A stretch of DNA of 64,000 nt from a virus. Lineage: Duplodnaviria; Heunggongvirae; Uroviricota; Caudoviricetes. Position 1 is the stretch's first letter. Every line of letters begins with the position of its first letter. The notes under the pieces are model-generated. The model saw nothing but the letters and a program-made list of their open reading frames with translations, ran no database searches and had not been told where the DNA came from. This document shows positions 18,679-27,368 of the stretch, piece by piece. The stretch lies in IMG/VR virus record IMGVR_UViG_3300042894_006602. One strand, written 5' to 3'. The position numbers and the translations under genes were made by a program.

Positions 18679-20280
18679 TCAATCAGTTTGATTTCTCTTA
18701 GCGTCTAAAACATCAAGAAGTCCTTTTTTTTCCGATAGTTTTGTCTTACGGAGAGAGTTTAATTTTTCTATAGAGCTTGGTCTTTTATCTTCAGTAATTT
18801 CAACTAAATCTACTCTATTGAAAAAGTCTGGATTATTTTTGAATATTTCAGGCTTTGACGAGATGAAAATAAAACCAAAATTAGGCGGTATTTCTATATT
18901 TCCAGTTGCGGACTTTTTTGAATTTTTATACAACTGTGATGTATCCTCATCTAATGATACAAATCTTTTTCCATCGTTTCTATCTTTCGATATTGCTTGA
19001 AGAAGCTCGTCATTTATCATTTCAATTCTATTTTCTCTGTGACACTCATCAAAAACTGCAGTATAAAGTTTTGTAGGATTTTGCCAAGCATCTTCAATCA
19101 TTTTACCAAGTCTAGATTGTATATATCCATTAGTTCTTGGTGAGAATTGGGATAAAAGTCCCGTTGTTGACGATGAAGGTATAATAAATTGATAAACATG
19201 TCCTAAATCGTTTAATATTTTATTAATGGCGTATGATTTCCCAGCACCAGATTCACCTAAAACACAAATTGCTTGTTCAAATGGATTTTTTAAAAATGAT
19301 TCCAAATCATGTTCTTTACTTTCTTCTTTTCCATCCGGTTGTATATCTCTTGTGAGTTTTATTTCATATTTATCCGGCTTAGTTGGAGTTGGTGTGTCTC
19401 TATAAGTATAATTAGGATTCGATACACCGGTGGAAGAAAAATAATCGTAAGGACTAATAACATCTCTTTCTTCTTTTTCAGTACTATTTCCAAATTGTTC
19501 GACAATTTCTTTTACTAATTTTCTATATTCGTCTTTAATTTTATAGTTGTCTCTTTTACCACCTACTGACTCTGGATTCCACTTTTGAATATCATACTCT
19601 AATATTTGTCTCAGATGCTCATTATATTTATTATTTATATAGTTTGATATACCAGCTAACACATAACCAGCTGAACCTACCGAACTACCGTATCCATTTT
19701 TATATAATTCTTCTTTTATTTCTTCTCTTGTAAATTTTCTATTATCTGATAACAATAATCTCAGAATTGTAAGCATTTTAGGAGATTCTCCACAAGTAAT
19801 TTCTAATTTGGTTTTTAAGTCTTTTTCATTATAAAAACTTTTGGTTTCACTATCTTCAGAATCAATAACATCACTTGAGATAAAATCTAAATTTTCAAAA
19901 TCAAAATTATTAATTTCAAATACAGTTTTTGGTTGATTAACAATAGGATTTTTTTCAATTTCGTCAAACCACTCAACATTAATTCTATTCGGATATCTAT
20001 CATTAGATAAATATATATCAGAAGATACTACACCAACGTGAACTGAATTTTTATCAGGTGAAAGAACAATGTCTCCTTCTTTTATGGATTTAAATAATTC
20101 AATTTGAGATAGATATTGAGGAACCGATTTCACATCGTCAACTTTATCTAATAAAAATGAGTTTATTTCTTCTTTAGAATGTTTAGAAACATCAAAATTG
20201 TTCGTTCCATATCCTATACCAACAAAGCTTTCATCTAAAAAAATTGAGATGTCTTCATTTGCACGACCTGCTCTTACCAC
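18679..20280 (-). CDS. McrB-like P-loop NTPase with N-terminal DNA-binding-like domain (candidate)
   Basis: Walker A ICVLGESGAGKSY, Walker B AVFDECHRENR (compare McrB IDEINR). About 300 aa of N-terminal extension. Confidence 0.4.
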   Translation of the reverse strand: MVRAGRANEDISIFLDESFVGIGYGTNNFDVSKHSKEEINSFLLDKVDDVKSVPQYLSQIELFKSIKEGDIVLSPDKNSVHVGVVSSDIYLSNDRYPNRINVEWFDEIEKNPIVNQPKTVFEINNFDFENLDFISSDVIDSEDSETKSFYNEKDLKTKLEITCGESPKMLTILRLLLSDNRKFTREEIKEELYKNGYGSSVGSAGYVLAGISNYINNKYNEHLRQILEYDIQKWNPESVGGKRDNYKIKDEYRKLVKEIVEQFGNSTEKEERDVISPYDYFSSTGVSNPNYTYRDTPTPTKPDKYEIKLTRDIQPDGKEESKEHDLESFLKNPFEQAICVLGESGAGKSYAINKILNDLGHVYQFIIPSSSTTGLLSQFSPRTNGYIQSRLGKMIEDAWQNPTKLYTAVFDECHRENRIEMINDELLQAISKDRNDGKRFVSLDEDTSQLYKNSKKSATGNIEIPPNFGFIFISSKPEIFKNNPDFFNRVDLVEITEDKRPSSIEKLNSLRKTKLSEKKGLLDVLDAKRNQTD

Positions 20281-20438
20281 ATAACACTTTTTTTCAGATT
20301 CAATATTTTCTGAGTCAGTTTCTTCTTCAAAACCATTTTCAGAATCAATTGGTACTAACCCAGCATCACCTTCTATATTAAAGTGATTGAGGAATGATCT
20401 GATAATTCTAATTTTTTCATTATTAAATTTTTCAGAAT

Positions 20439-20654
20439 TTAGTAAACTCTTTTAATCAATTCAATTAAATCTTGCGTTCCCTCTCTATAAACAAATTCAT
20501 GTAATCTTTTCTCTGGAAAAGATGTGTTTCTCCATGCAGAAGATACAGATTTAGTTACACTAAAGTATTCTTCTAATTTCTGACTATATTTCTTTTTAAT
20601 ATAAAATTCTATAAAATCAACATCTATTTTCATAACTATTTTATGGTTAAACAA
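20439..20654 (-). CDS. small HTH (XRE/Cro-like) DNA-binding protein
   Basis: LEEYFSVTKSVSSAWRNTSFPEKRL fits a helix-turn-helix recognition pattern. Confidence 0.4.
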   Translation of the reverse strand: MFNHKIVMKIDVDFIEFYIKKKYSQKLEEYFSVTKSVSSAWRNTSFPEKRLHEFVYREGTQDLIELIKRVY

Positions 20655-20720
20655 AAAAAAGTTTAAAATTTTATGAGGAAAGACGAACTTTTTAATATAT
20701 AACTAAAATAAAGTTCGTAT

Positions 20721-21503
20721 ATGAGAGTTTGTAAAGAATGTAAATTAGAAAAACAGTTAGTTGATTTTCCATTGAAGAAGAACGGTAAAGTTAAAAGTTC
20801 TTTATGTAAAGAATGTTACAATGACTTTTATTACCATCAAAATAAAGAAAAGGTTGTTGAATATAAAAAAAATTATTATGAAGAGAATAAAGACAAAATA
20901 AAAGAGAAAAATAAAGAAACCTATCACCTCAACAAAGATGAGATAAATAAAAGAAGAAGAAAAAATTATGAAGAAAACAAAGAATCCTTTAAAGAAAAAA
21001 GAGATGAATACTTTAACAATAATAAAGAAAAAATAAATGAGAGAAGAAGGTCATATCACAGTAAAAATAAAGATATTATAAATAATAGAAGAAAAGAGAA
21101 AAATAGAAAATACGCTTTAGAATATTATTATGCAAATAAAGAAAGACAAAATAAAAGATCAGTTGAAAGAAGAATTGAAAAATTAAAAACTGATCCTTTC
21201 TATAAATTAATACATAATATTAGATGTTTAGTCAGAAAGTCCTTACAAAATCAATTCACAACTAAATCCAAAAAAACAATAGAAATACTGGGTTGTTCCT
21301 TTGAAGAATTCAAACTTCATTTAGAATCTCAGTTTGATGATAAAATGAATTGGGAAAATCAGGGAACTTATTGGCATATGGATCATATAATACCTATATC
21401 GTCTGCTAAAACAGAGGAAGATGTTTATAGGTTAAATCACTATACAAATTTTCAACCTCTTTATTGGGAAGATAATTTGAAAAAAAGTAATAAAATAATA
21501 TGA
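20721..21503 (+). CDS. HNH endonuclease with N-terminal CxxC zinc finger and basic repeat region
   Basis: CKECK..CKECY. Four basic repeats of the form NKxxINxRRRxxY. C-terminal WHMDHIIPIS...N matches HNH. Confidence 0.5.
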   Translation: MRVCKECKLEKQLVDFPLKKNGKVKSSLCKECYNDFYYHQNKEKVVEYKKNYYEENKDKIKEKNKETYHLNKDEINKRRRKNYEENKESFKEKRDEYFNNNKEKINERRRSYHSKNKDIINNRRKEKNRKYALEYYYANKERQNKRSVERRIEKLKTDPFYKLIHNIRCLVRKSLQNQFTTKSKKTIEILGCSFEEFKLHLESQFDDKMNWENQGTYWHMDHIIPISSAKTEEDVYRLNHYTNFQPLYWEDNLKKSNKII

Positions 21504-22648
21504 GTGAATATAAAGTTGAAGATTTAGGTCAGGTTTTTACACCAATTGATATAGTCAATAAAATGACATCAATGATTAAAAACGGCATGAGAATTTTAGA
21601 ACCTTCTTGTGGTGATGGTGCATTTTTAGAGGTTTTGGAAAATTTATATAAAAATGTAATTGGTATTGAGTTTGATGGTCATCATTGTCCTCCAAATGCA
21701 CTTAACATGGATTTTTTTGATTATTCTGTAGATGAAAAGTTTGATACAATTATAGGAAATCCACCATACGTTAGTGGAAAAAAAATAATTAAAGAAACAA
21801 TCGACAAAATTAGTAGCAAATTAATAACTCATGGTAAATCAAATCTTTATCTTTATTTTATAGAAAAATGTATCAATCATTTAACAGAAAACGGTGAAAT
21901 TATATTCATAACACCAAGAGAATTTATAAAAAACACATCATCTTGTAAATTAAATAATTTCCTATATGAAAAAGGAACTATAACACATTGGTATGAATTT
22001 GGTGATGAGGTCATATTTAAAGGTTACTCACCATCAGTTGTTATTTTTAGATTTGAAAAAAATAACTTTTCTAGAAAAACAATAACTAATGATGGTGAAA
22101 AGAATTTCATAAATTCAAATGGTCAATTATTATTTTTAGATAAGGAATTAAAAGGAAAAAAACTTGGTGATTTATTTTTAGTGAAAGTTGGTGGTGTGAG
22201 TGGAATGGACCAAATATTTGCTGAAGAAAGTGGTAATGAAGATTTTGTTTGTTCATATACAGCCCAAACAGGTAGTTTAAAAAAATTTCACTACAATATA
22301 TTAAATGACTATATGATTTCTAAAAAAGATTTAGTCATAAAAAGAAAAATTAAGAAATTCGATGAAACTAACTGGTGGACGTGGGGTAGAGACTTTTATA
22401 AATCAGATAGAAGAAGAATATATGTAAATGCAAAAACGAGAAATCCCAACCCATTTTTTATAAATGAGTGTAGAAATTATGATGGTTCTATTTTGGCTTT
22501 AATACCAAAAAATGATGAGATAGAATCAAATATTGATAATTATTTGATTAAATTAAATAAAATTGATTGGAACTCGTTAGGATTTAAAGTCGGTGGTAGA
22601 TATATGTTCACTCAGAAAACACTTGAAAACATAATTTTAGATATCTAA
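21500..22648 (+). CDS. N6-adenine DNA methyltransferase (gamma class, Eco57I/TaqI-like)
   Basis: VFTPIDIV, the AdoMet site ILEPSCGDGAFL, and the catalytic IIGNPPY. Start overlaps the HNH gene stop by 4 nt. Confidence 0.75.
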   Translation: MSEYKVEDLGQVFTPIDIVNKMTSMIKNGMRILEPSCGDGAFLEVLENLYKNVIGIEFDGHHCPPNALNMDFFDYSVDEKFDTIIGNPPYVSGKKIIKETIDKISSKLITHGKSNLYLYFIEKCINHLTENGEIIFITPREFIKNTSSCKLNNFLYEKGTITHWYEFGDEVIFKGYSPSVVIFRFEKNNFSRKTITNDGEKNFINSNGQLLFLDKELKGKKLGDLFLVKVGGVSGMDQIFAEESGNEDFVCSYTAQTGSLKKFHYNILNDYMISKKDLVIKRKIKKFDETNWWTWGRDFYKSDRRRIYVNAKTRNPNPFFINECRNYDGSILALIPKNDEIESNIDNYLIKLNKIDWNSLGFKVGGRYMFTQKTLENIILDI

Positions 22649-23614
22649 CCCACAGTCAATATACCAAGCTAAATTTGCTGATTGGTTAAGTCTAAAATAG
22701 TCACCAGCTGGTTTTATTTGGTCATCATCAACCATTCTAAAGAATTTACTAACATCACTAGTTATTATTTTAACATTATCATTTTTGAAAAATGCCATGT
22801 TAGAAAATTCATGCCTAACAGTAACTTGATGCTTGAAAAAATATTTTATAATTTCTTTTCTCAAAATAAGAGTATCTATAAATCCATCGTGTAAAATTCT
22901 TGTAGCCGAATCTAATGATTCTGATTCATTAAAAGTTTTTGTCATCATTAACCATTCAGATAAGAATGATACTCTTTCTTTTAATTCTAATTTAGAAAAC
23001 TCTTTCATCCAATGTTCTTTTATAGAACCTTCAGATGTTAATTGAACACCTAATATATTACCTCTTAAAGATAAATTTGGTCTTAGTCCAAATGACTGAC
23101 AAATATCTAGTGTTTTTAATCTAAAAGAATTACCTAAAACACTAGATGTTACTCTAGGATTTTCACCTTTAAGTTCTATTATAGATCTTCTACCATTTAT
23201 ATTAATTTCAATGTCACCTCTTGTTGGCTTTCTACAAGAAGGAGATAAACAGAGAAGCATAAACTCACCTTCTCCACAGGCTGAATTAGGACTACCCAAT
23301 CCAACCGGTCTAGTGTGAAATAAATCAATAGCTAATCCTCTATATTCTTCTTTTATGAAGTTTCTCCAATTATAGCTACCAGTCTCAACTAAAAATGAAA
23401 CATTTATTATATCATCATTTATATAATCTTGAATAAATAATCTAAATCTTCTACCCATGAAACCATTTTTTAATAGACAATAAGATAACTGCCTAGTTAA
23501 ATCACTAATAGCTTTTTCACCTTTTGATGGACTTATGATTTCATTTTCTAAAATAAATTTTCTACACTCTTCTTCGCTTCTATCAAACTCTTGTCTAGTT
23601 ATAATATGTCTCAT
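22637..23614 (-). CDS. candidate restriction endonuclease (PD-(D/E)xK-like) convergent with the MTase
   Basis: Its 3' end overlaps the MTase 3' end by 12 nt. RGDIEININGRRSIIELKGE gives a D-x13-E-L-K pattern. Otherwise uncharacterised. Confidence 0.35.
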   Translation of the reverse strand: MRHIITRQEFDRSEEECRKFILENEIISPSKGEKAISDLTRQLSYCLLKNGFMGRRFRLFIQDYINDDIINVSFLVETGSYNWRNFIKEEYRGLAIDLFHTRPVGLGSPNSACGEGEFMLLCLSPSCRKPTRGDIEININGRRSIIELKGENPRVTSSVLGNSFRLKTLDICQSFGLRPNLSLRGNILGVQLTSEGSIKEHWMKEFSKLELKERVSFLSEWLMMTKTFNESESLDSATRILHDGFIDTLILRKEIIKYFFKHQVTVRHEFSNMAFFKNDNVKIITSDVSKFFRMVDDDQIKPAGDYFRLNQSANLAWYIDCGLDI

Positions 23615-23637
23615 AGAGTATATATTATTTATTGTTA

Positions 23638-24273
23638 TTAAAAATCAACATCTTTAAACAATTCTGCTGGTGATACTATTCTTTTATAGATATAGCTTTT
23701 CCATAAACTATGTATAAATTCAAATTTTTCTTCATCACTTCTAATAACAACTGATGTTGGTATTTTAGTTTGAATACAATTAGATGGGTTTGCTACGACA
23801 TCGACAGGAGCCATTTCGGATAAATAAACATGTTTAAATTTATTTGTAATTTTATCAAAAAATAAAATTGAATAATCATTTGTTAGTCTGAGTTCACCTT
23901 TAGATTTTTTATCAGAATAAGACTTAGCTACCGTTTCATATGATGTTCCGGATAGATTAATCATTCTTGAGAGTTTTATGAAGCTAATTGTATTAGTGAA
24001 GTTGCCTGGTTCCACAATTTTAATATCAACACCCTCGGATATTAATAGATCACCATTAATATCAAATATTTTAAATGTTAAATCATGTTCGTCTCTATTA
24101 GTTGATTTACCATCAACTTTGATAACTGACATATTGGATAAATTTAATATTATATCTTCAACTAGTTTATCTTCAGATTCAAGTGAGTTGACTCTACCAT
24201 CATCACTTTTATTTGATAGTTTGTAGTTGCTAAACGTATTTAATAGATCTATAATTTCTTTTACATTTTTCAT
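23638..24273 (-). CDS. hypothetical protein (211 aa)
   Basis: ORF only. Confidence 0.45.
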   Translation of the reverse strand: MKNVKEIIDLLNTFSNYKLSNKSDDGRVNSLESEDKLVEDIILNLSNMSVIKVDGKSTNRDEHDLTFKIFDINGDLLISEGVDIKIVEPGNFTNTISFIKLSRMINLSGTSYETVAKSYSDKKSKGELRLTNDYSILFFDKITNKFKHVYLSEMAPVDVVANPSNCIQTKIPTSVVIRSDEEKFEFIHSLWKSYIYKRIVSPAELFKDVDF

Positions 24274-24327
24274 ATATTTTTCTTGTGAAATTTTTTCAAG
24301 TTTTACAAATATAAGAAAATTATTTTA

Positions 24328-25323
24328 TTGAAAAAAATAATATATAGAATTATGAGAAAAATTAAAAATTATCAAGAATTCACAAATGAAGAGATAAACT
24401 GGAAAAAAGGTGTCGCTACGGCAGCATTAGGGGCTTCTTTGTTGGGTGGTACTTTAACATCTTGTAAAAAAGAAGATATTAAACCAATAAATCAGACAGA
24501 AATAACTAACACATCTAATGACACATCTATTGAAAATATCAATGATGAAAAATCAAAATACTTTTCATTTGATATTGATAAGTACATTCACATTGGCAAG
24601 GGTGATTCTGAAATAAAATTATTCAAGAATGATACACTAATTAATAGTGAAATAAATAAAGTAGTATTTGGAGATACTCTTAAAGAAGGTGATATTATTA
24701 GAATAAACATTAATAATATTAAGCAATTTTGTGACCATCACGGTTTTTATAATGGACCTGGGGCACCAAATGTTGACATATCAGATCCAGTATGGTATGC
24801 ACCAAGTGGGAACTGGCAAGGTGCTTTAGCAAATGAACACACCACAAATGGTGGTTCTATGTTTTCTAACGTAAATAAAAATAAAACTTTATATATGGGA
24901 CCAAGTATTTGGGATCCTATACAAAGTGGTGTTATTGCTTATTCATGGCCAAATCCATCTCAAAATGCAGGATCGAGTCCTGAGCATTCGGGATTTCCTT
25001 GCGGTGGTCACTATGTTACAACACATAATGGTTTAGTTGGAACACAGCAATATGGACAAGATTGTGACCATTCCGATGCTATTAAAATTGACATCAATGG
25101 TGATGGAGTGTCTTTTTCAAATGTTTTGGGTGGTAAAAGTGAGAGTCATGCAATGACTATGGTTTATGGTACCAGTTATTATCAAGCATATGGTATACAT
25201 CACTCTTTTTTACCTATAAATCCTTCTATCGGAGGAAGTAATAAACCGGATGGTAAGGTAACTATTACAGTTAAAATAATTAAATCAGAAGGAGTATTAT
25301 TACCTGAGGTTACTTATGAATAA
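24328..25323 (+). CDS. lipoprotein (331 aa)
   Basis: Signal peptide with an LTSC lipobox, and His/Gly-rich motifs. Confidence 0.5.
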   Translation: MKKIIYRIMRKIKNYQEFTNEEINWKKGVATAALGASLLGGTLTSCKKEDIKPINQTEITNTSNDTSIENINDEKSKYFSFDIDKYIHIGKGDSEIKLFKNDTLINSEINKVVFGDTLKEGDIIRININNIKQFCDHHGFYNGPGAPNVDISDPVWYAPSGNWQGALANEHTTNGGSMFSNVNKNKTLYMGPSIWDPIQSGVIAYSWPNPSQNAGSSPEHSGFPCGGHYVTTHNGLVGTQQYGQDCDHSDAIKIDINGDGVSFSNVLGGKSESHAMTMVYGTSYYQAYGIHHSFLPINPSIGGSNKPDGKVTITVKIIKSEGVLLPEVTYE

Positions 25324-25335
25324 ATTACTTAAATA

Positions 25336-25572
25336 TTAAAAATTTTCAGCAACTCTTTTCATATCACTAAGCCATTTTTCCATATGAGATTTTGCAGAAT
25401 CAGGCAAGTCATTTGCCTCAAAATAAAACATTGATTCAAATAAAGTTTTATCTTCTGTTAAAAGAACACGACAACCAGGATACCAATATTTGAGTTTCTC
25501 TTTAGAATTATTTAATTGTCTTCTAACAGAACCTCGGTTAAGAAGTTTAAAACCGCTCAGCTTCAATTTCAA
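25336..25572 (-). CDS. small hypothetical protein
   Basis: ORF only. Confidence 0.35.
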   Translation of the reverse strand: MKLKLSGFKLLNRGSVRRQLNNSKEKLKYWYPGCRVLLTEDKTLFESMFYFEANDLPDSAKSHMEKWLSDMKRVAENF

Positions 25573-25624
25573 AAAATACTTTCATATCACAAATATAATT
25601 AAATTATTTCTTATTCAATTTTTT

Positions 25625-26800
25625 TTAAGATAACTTTGGAATATCATTCCAATCAGTTGTCCATTTTGGTGAAAGAAATTCTCTTCTTGTCATCCACATT
25701 TGACTTGATACCGTTGGTCTTTTTACTAATGGATAATCTTCTTGAAACAAAGTTTTAATATTGACATTTTCATCAATCAAGTCTAAAAAGATAACACCGG
25801 CTTTTGCCCAAAGTTTCATAGGTAGTTCTTCAAAATGTGGTGAAACTTCATTCCAAATTGATTGAACATCATTACTTGGAGTATAAAGTTTAATCTTTCT
25901 CGACCAAACAAAATAACCTTCTTCAAATCTATTAGTTGTACAAAATAAAACTATAGTTCTTCCTTTAATAGATTCTGATTTCATTTTACTACAAGCATCT
26001 TCAATAAATGTCCAGATAGCATCACTAACTTGTTCTTTTTGCCAAACAGTTCTTCCAAAACTTCTAGAAGAAGTAACAACTTTTGGTTTCTTAAACTTAG
26101 TTTCAATCTTATGGATTAACTCACCGTGTAGTTCAGACCAAGTTCTAAGACCAACAATAGTAAACATTTTTCTAACTTGATAAGCTTGAAGTTCTTTGAA
26201 TTGACCAATCTTGTCAACACCAATACTGTTGAGTTTCTTTCTCCATTTATTTCCAATTCCCCAAACTTCACTAATTTCAATATCGTCTATATCAGGTGAA
26301 TCAAAATAGGAACAAACACCTTTTTCCATCTTTTTTGCTTGATGGTTCATTAACTTTGCAATAGTTTTATTTGGAGCAACTCCAATTGAAACTGGAATTC
26401 CAGTAAGTCTTAAAACTTCAGAACGAATAAGGGTCATATAATTTATTAACTCACTATCATCAATATGAGTTAAGTCCATAAATGATTCATCAATTGAATA
26501 TATCTCAAGTTGTGTGGTAAATCTTTTAAGAATGTTTGATATTCTATCAGAAATGTCTCCGTAAAGTACATAGTTAGATGAGAACTTTACCATTTTTTCT
26601 TTAATCTCATCATCTAACTTAAAGACCGGTTGTCCCATTTTAACACCCATATCTTTAATCTCTTGACTTCTAGCAATAACACATCCGTCATTATTAGAAA
26701 GTACAACCGTTGGTGTAGATTTTAATTTAGGATTAAATAATCTTTCACACGAAACGTAAAAGTTATTACAATCGACTATTGCTATTTTTTTATTTGACAT
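25625..26800 (-). CDS. umuC: Y-family DNA polymerase (UmuC/DinB-like)
   Basis: Start taken at the internal Met (MSNKKIAIVDCNNFYVSCERLFNP). This matches the UmuC/DinB N-terminus, as does SLDE and the palm/finger layout. Confidence 0.8.
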   Translation of the reverse strand: MSNKKIAIVDCNNFYVSCERLFNPKLKSTPTVVLSNNDGCVIARSQEIKDMGVKMGQPVFKLDDEIKEKMVKFSSNYVLYGDISDRISNILKRFTTQLEIYSIDESFMDLTHIDDSELINYMTLIRSEVLRLTGIPVSIGVAPNKTIAKLMNHQAKKMEKGVCSYFDSPDIDDIEISEVWGIGNKWRKKLNSIGVDKIGQFKELQAYQVRKMFTIVGLRTWSELHGELIHKIETKFKKPKVVTSSRSFGRTVWQKEQVSDAIWTFIEDACSKMKSESIKGRTIVLFCTTNRFEEGYFVWSRKIKLYTPSNDVQSIWNEVSPHFEELPMKLWAKAGVIFLDLIDENVNIKTLFQEDYPLVKRPTVSSQMWMTRREFLSPKWTTDWNDIPKLS

Positions 26801-27102
26801 AATTTCCAAGTTATAGTTCCCCAAAGTTTTTCAGGGTCAATGTTTTTATATAAGTCTAGTGTTAATTTTTCATTACCATTTACAATTACTAAATCCTCTG
26901 GTTCAGGAGTTGACGCTCTATCAACAACAAGATAATCACCCCATTTTAGGTCAAACTTTTCTTCACCTTCCCATTGAAAAAAGAAAGTAGAATACGGGTC
27001 GTTAATTAGTAAATCATTAGGGTCTAATCGTTTTCCAACATAGGCTCTAGCAGGTGAGCCAAACCCAGTGGTTTTGGTATTAATTGTGAAATTATCTTGC
27101 AT
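26782..27102 (-). CDS. umuD: UmuD'-like S24 peptidase-fold protein, N-terminally pre-truncated, catalytic Ser absent
   Basis: Aligns with the E. coli UmuD C-terminal domain (FPSPA..LL..P..TF vs GFGSPARAY..LLINDPYSTFF). GDSM is replaced by GEEK. At 106 aa it is about the size of the processed UmuD'. Overlaps umuC by 19 nt. Confidence 0.6.
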   Translation of the reverse strand: MQDNFTINTKTTGFGSPARAYVGKRLDPNDLLINDPYSTFFFQWEGEEKFDLKWGDYLVVDRASTPEPEDLVIVNGNEKLTLDLYKNIDPEKLWGTITWKLCQIKK

Positions 27103-27115
27103 AATTATAGTATTG

Positions 27116-27131
27116 CACCAAATATACGGAA
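27116..27131 (-). promoter_or_regulatory. Bacteroidetes-type -7 promoter box (TATATTTG) upstream of umuD'
   Basis: The minus strand reads ttccgTATATTTGgtg about 20 nt upstream of the start. The same CACCAAATAT / ATACGGAA halves flank the 104-bp repeats. Confidence 0.45.
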
Positions 27132-27368
27132 TTTATTTTAATTAAAAAAATTATTAGTAGTTTTTCGCAATCTCTGGTTCTTTATTTATTTGTCAATTTC
27201 TAAACTTTTAATCTTCGTTTTGATTGACCAACAATTACATTTTCTTTCAAGCCTAACATATTAAATTTTATTTTTGTTTTTTAGATTATTTTTTTAAAAA
27301 TATTAATATATACATTAATTAAATTAACAATATTAAGTTTTAGGTTGGTAAAAAAATAATAACCGACA

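Noticed and set aside
26801-26824. Upstream start (MGNYNLEI) for umuC from the ORF track
   Set aside because: The UmuC/DinB family begins at the conserved MxxxIAxVDCNxFYxSCE block. Using the internal Met at 26800 reduces the overlap with umuD' to 19 nt.
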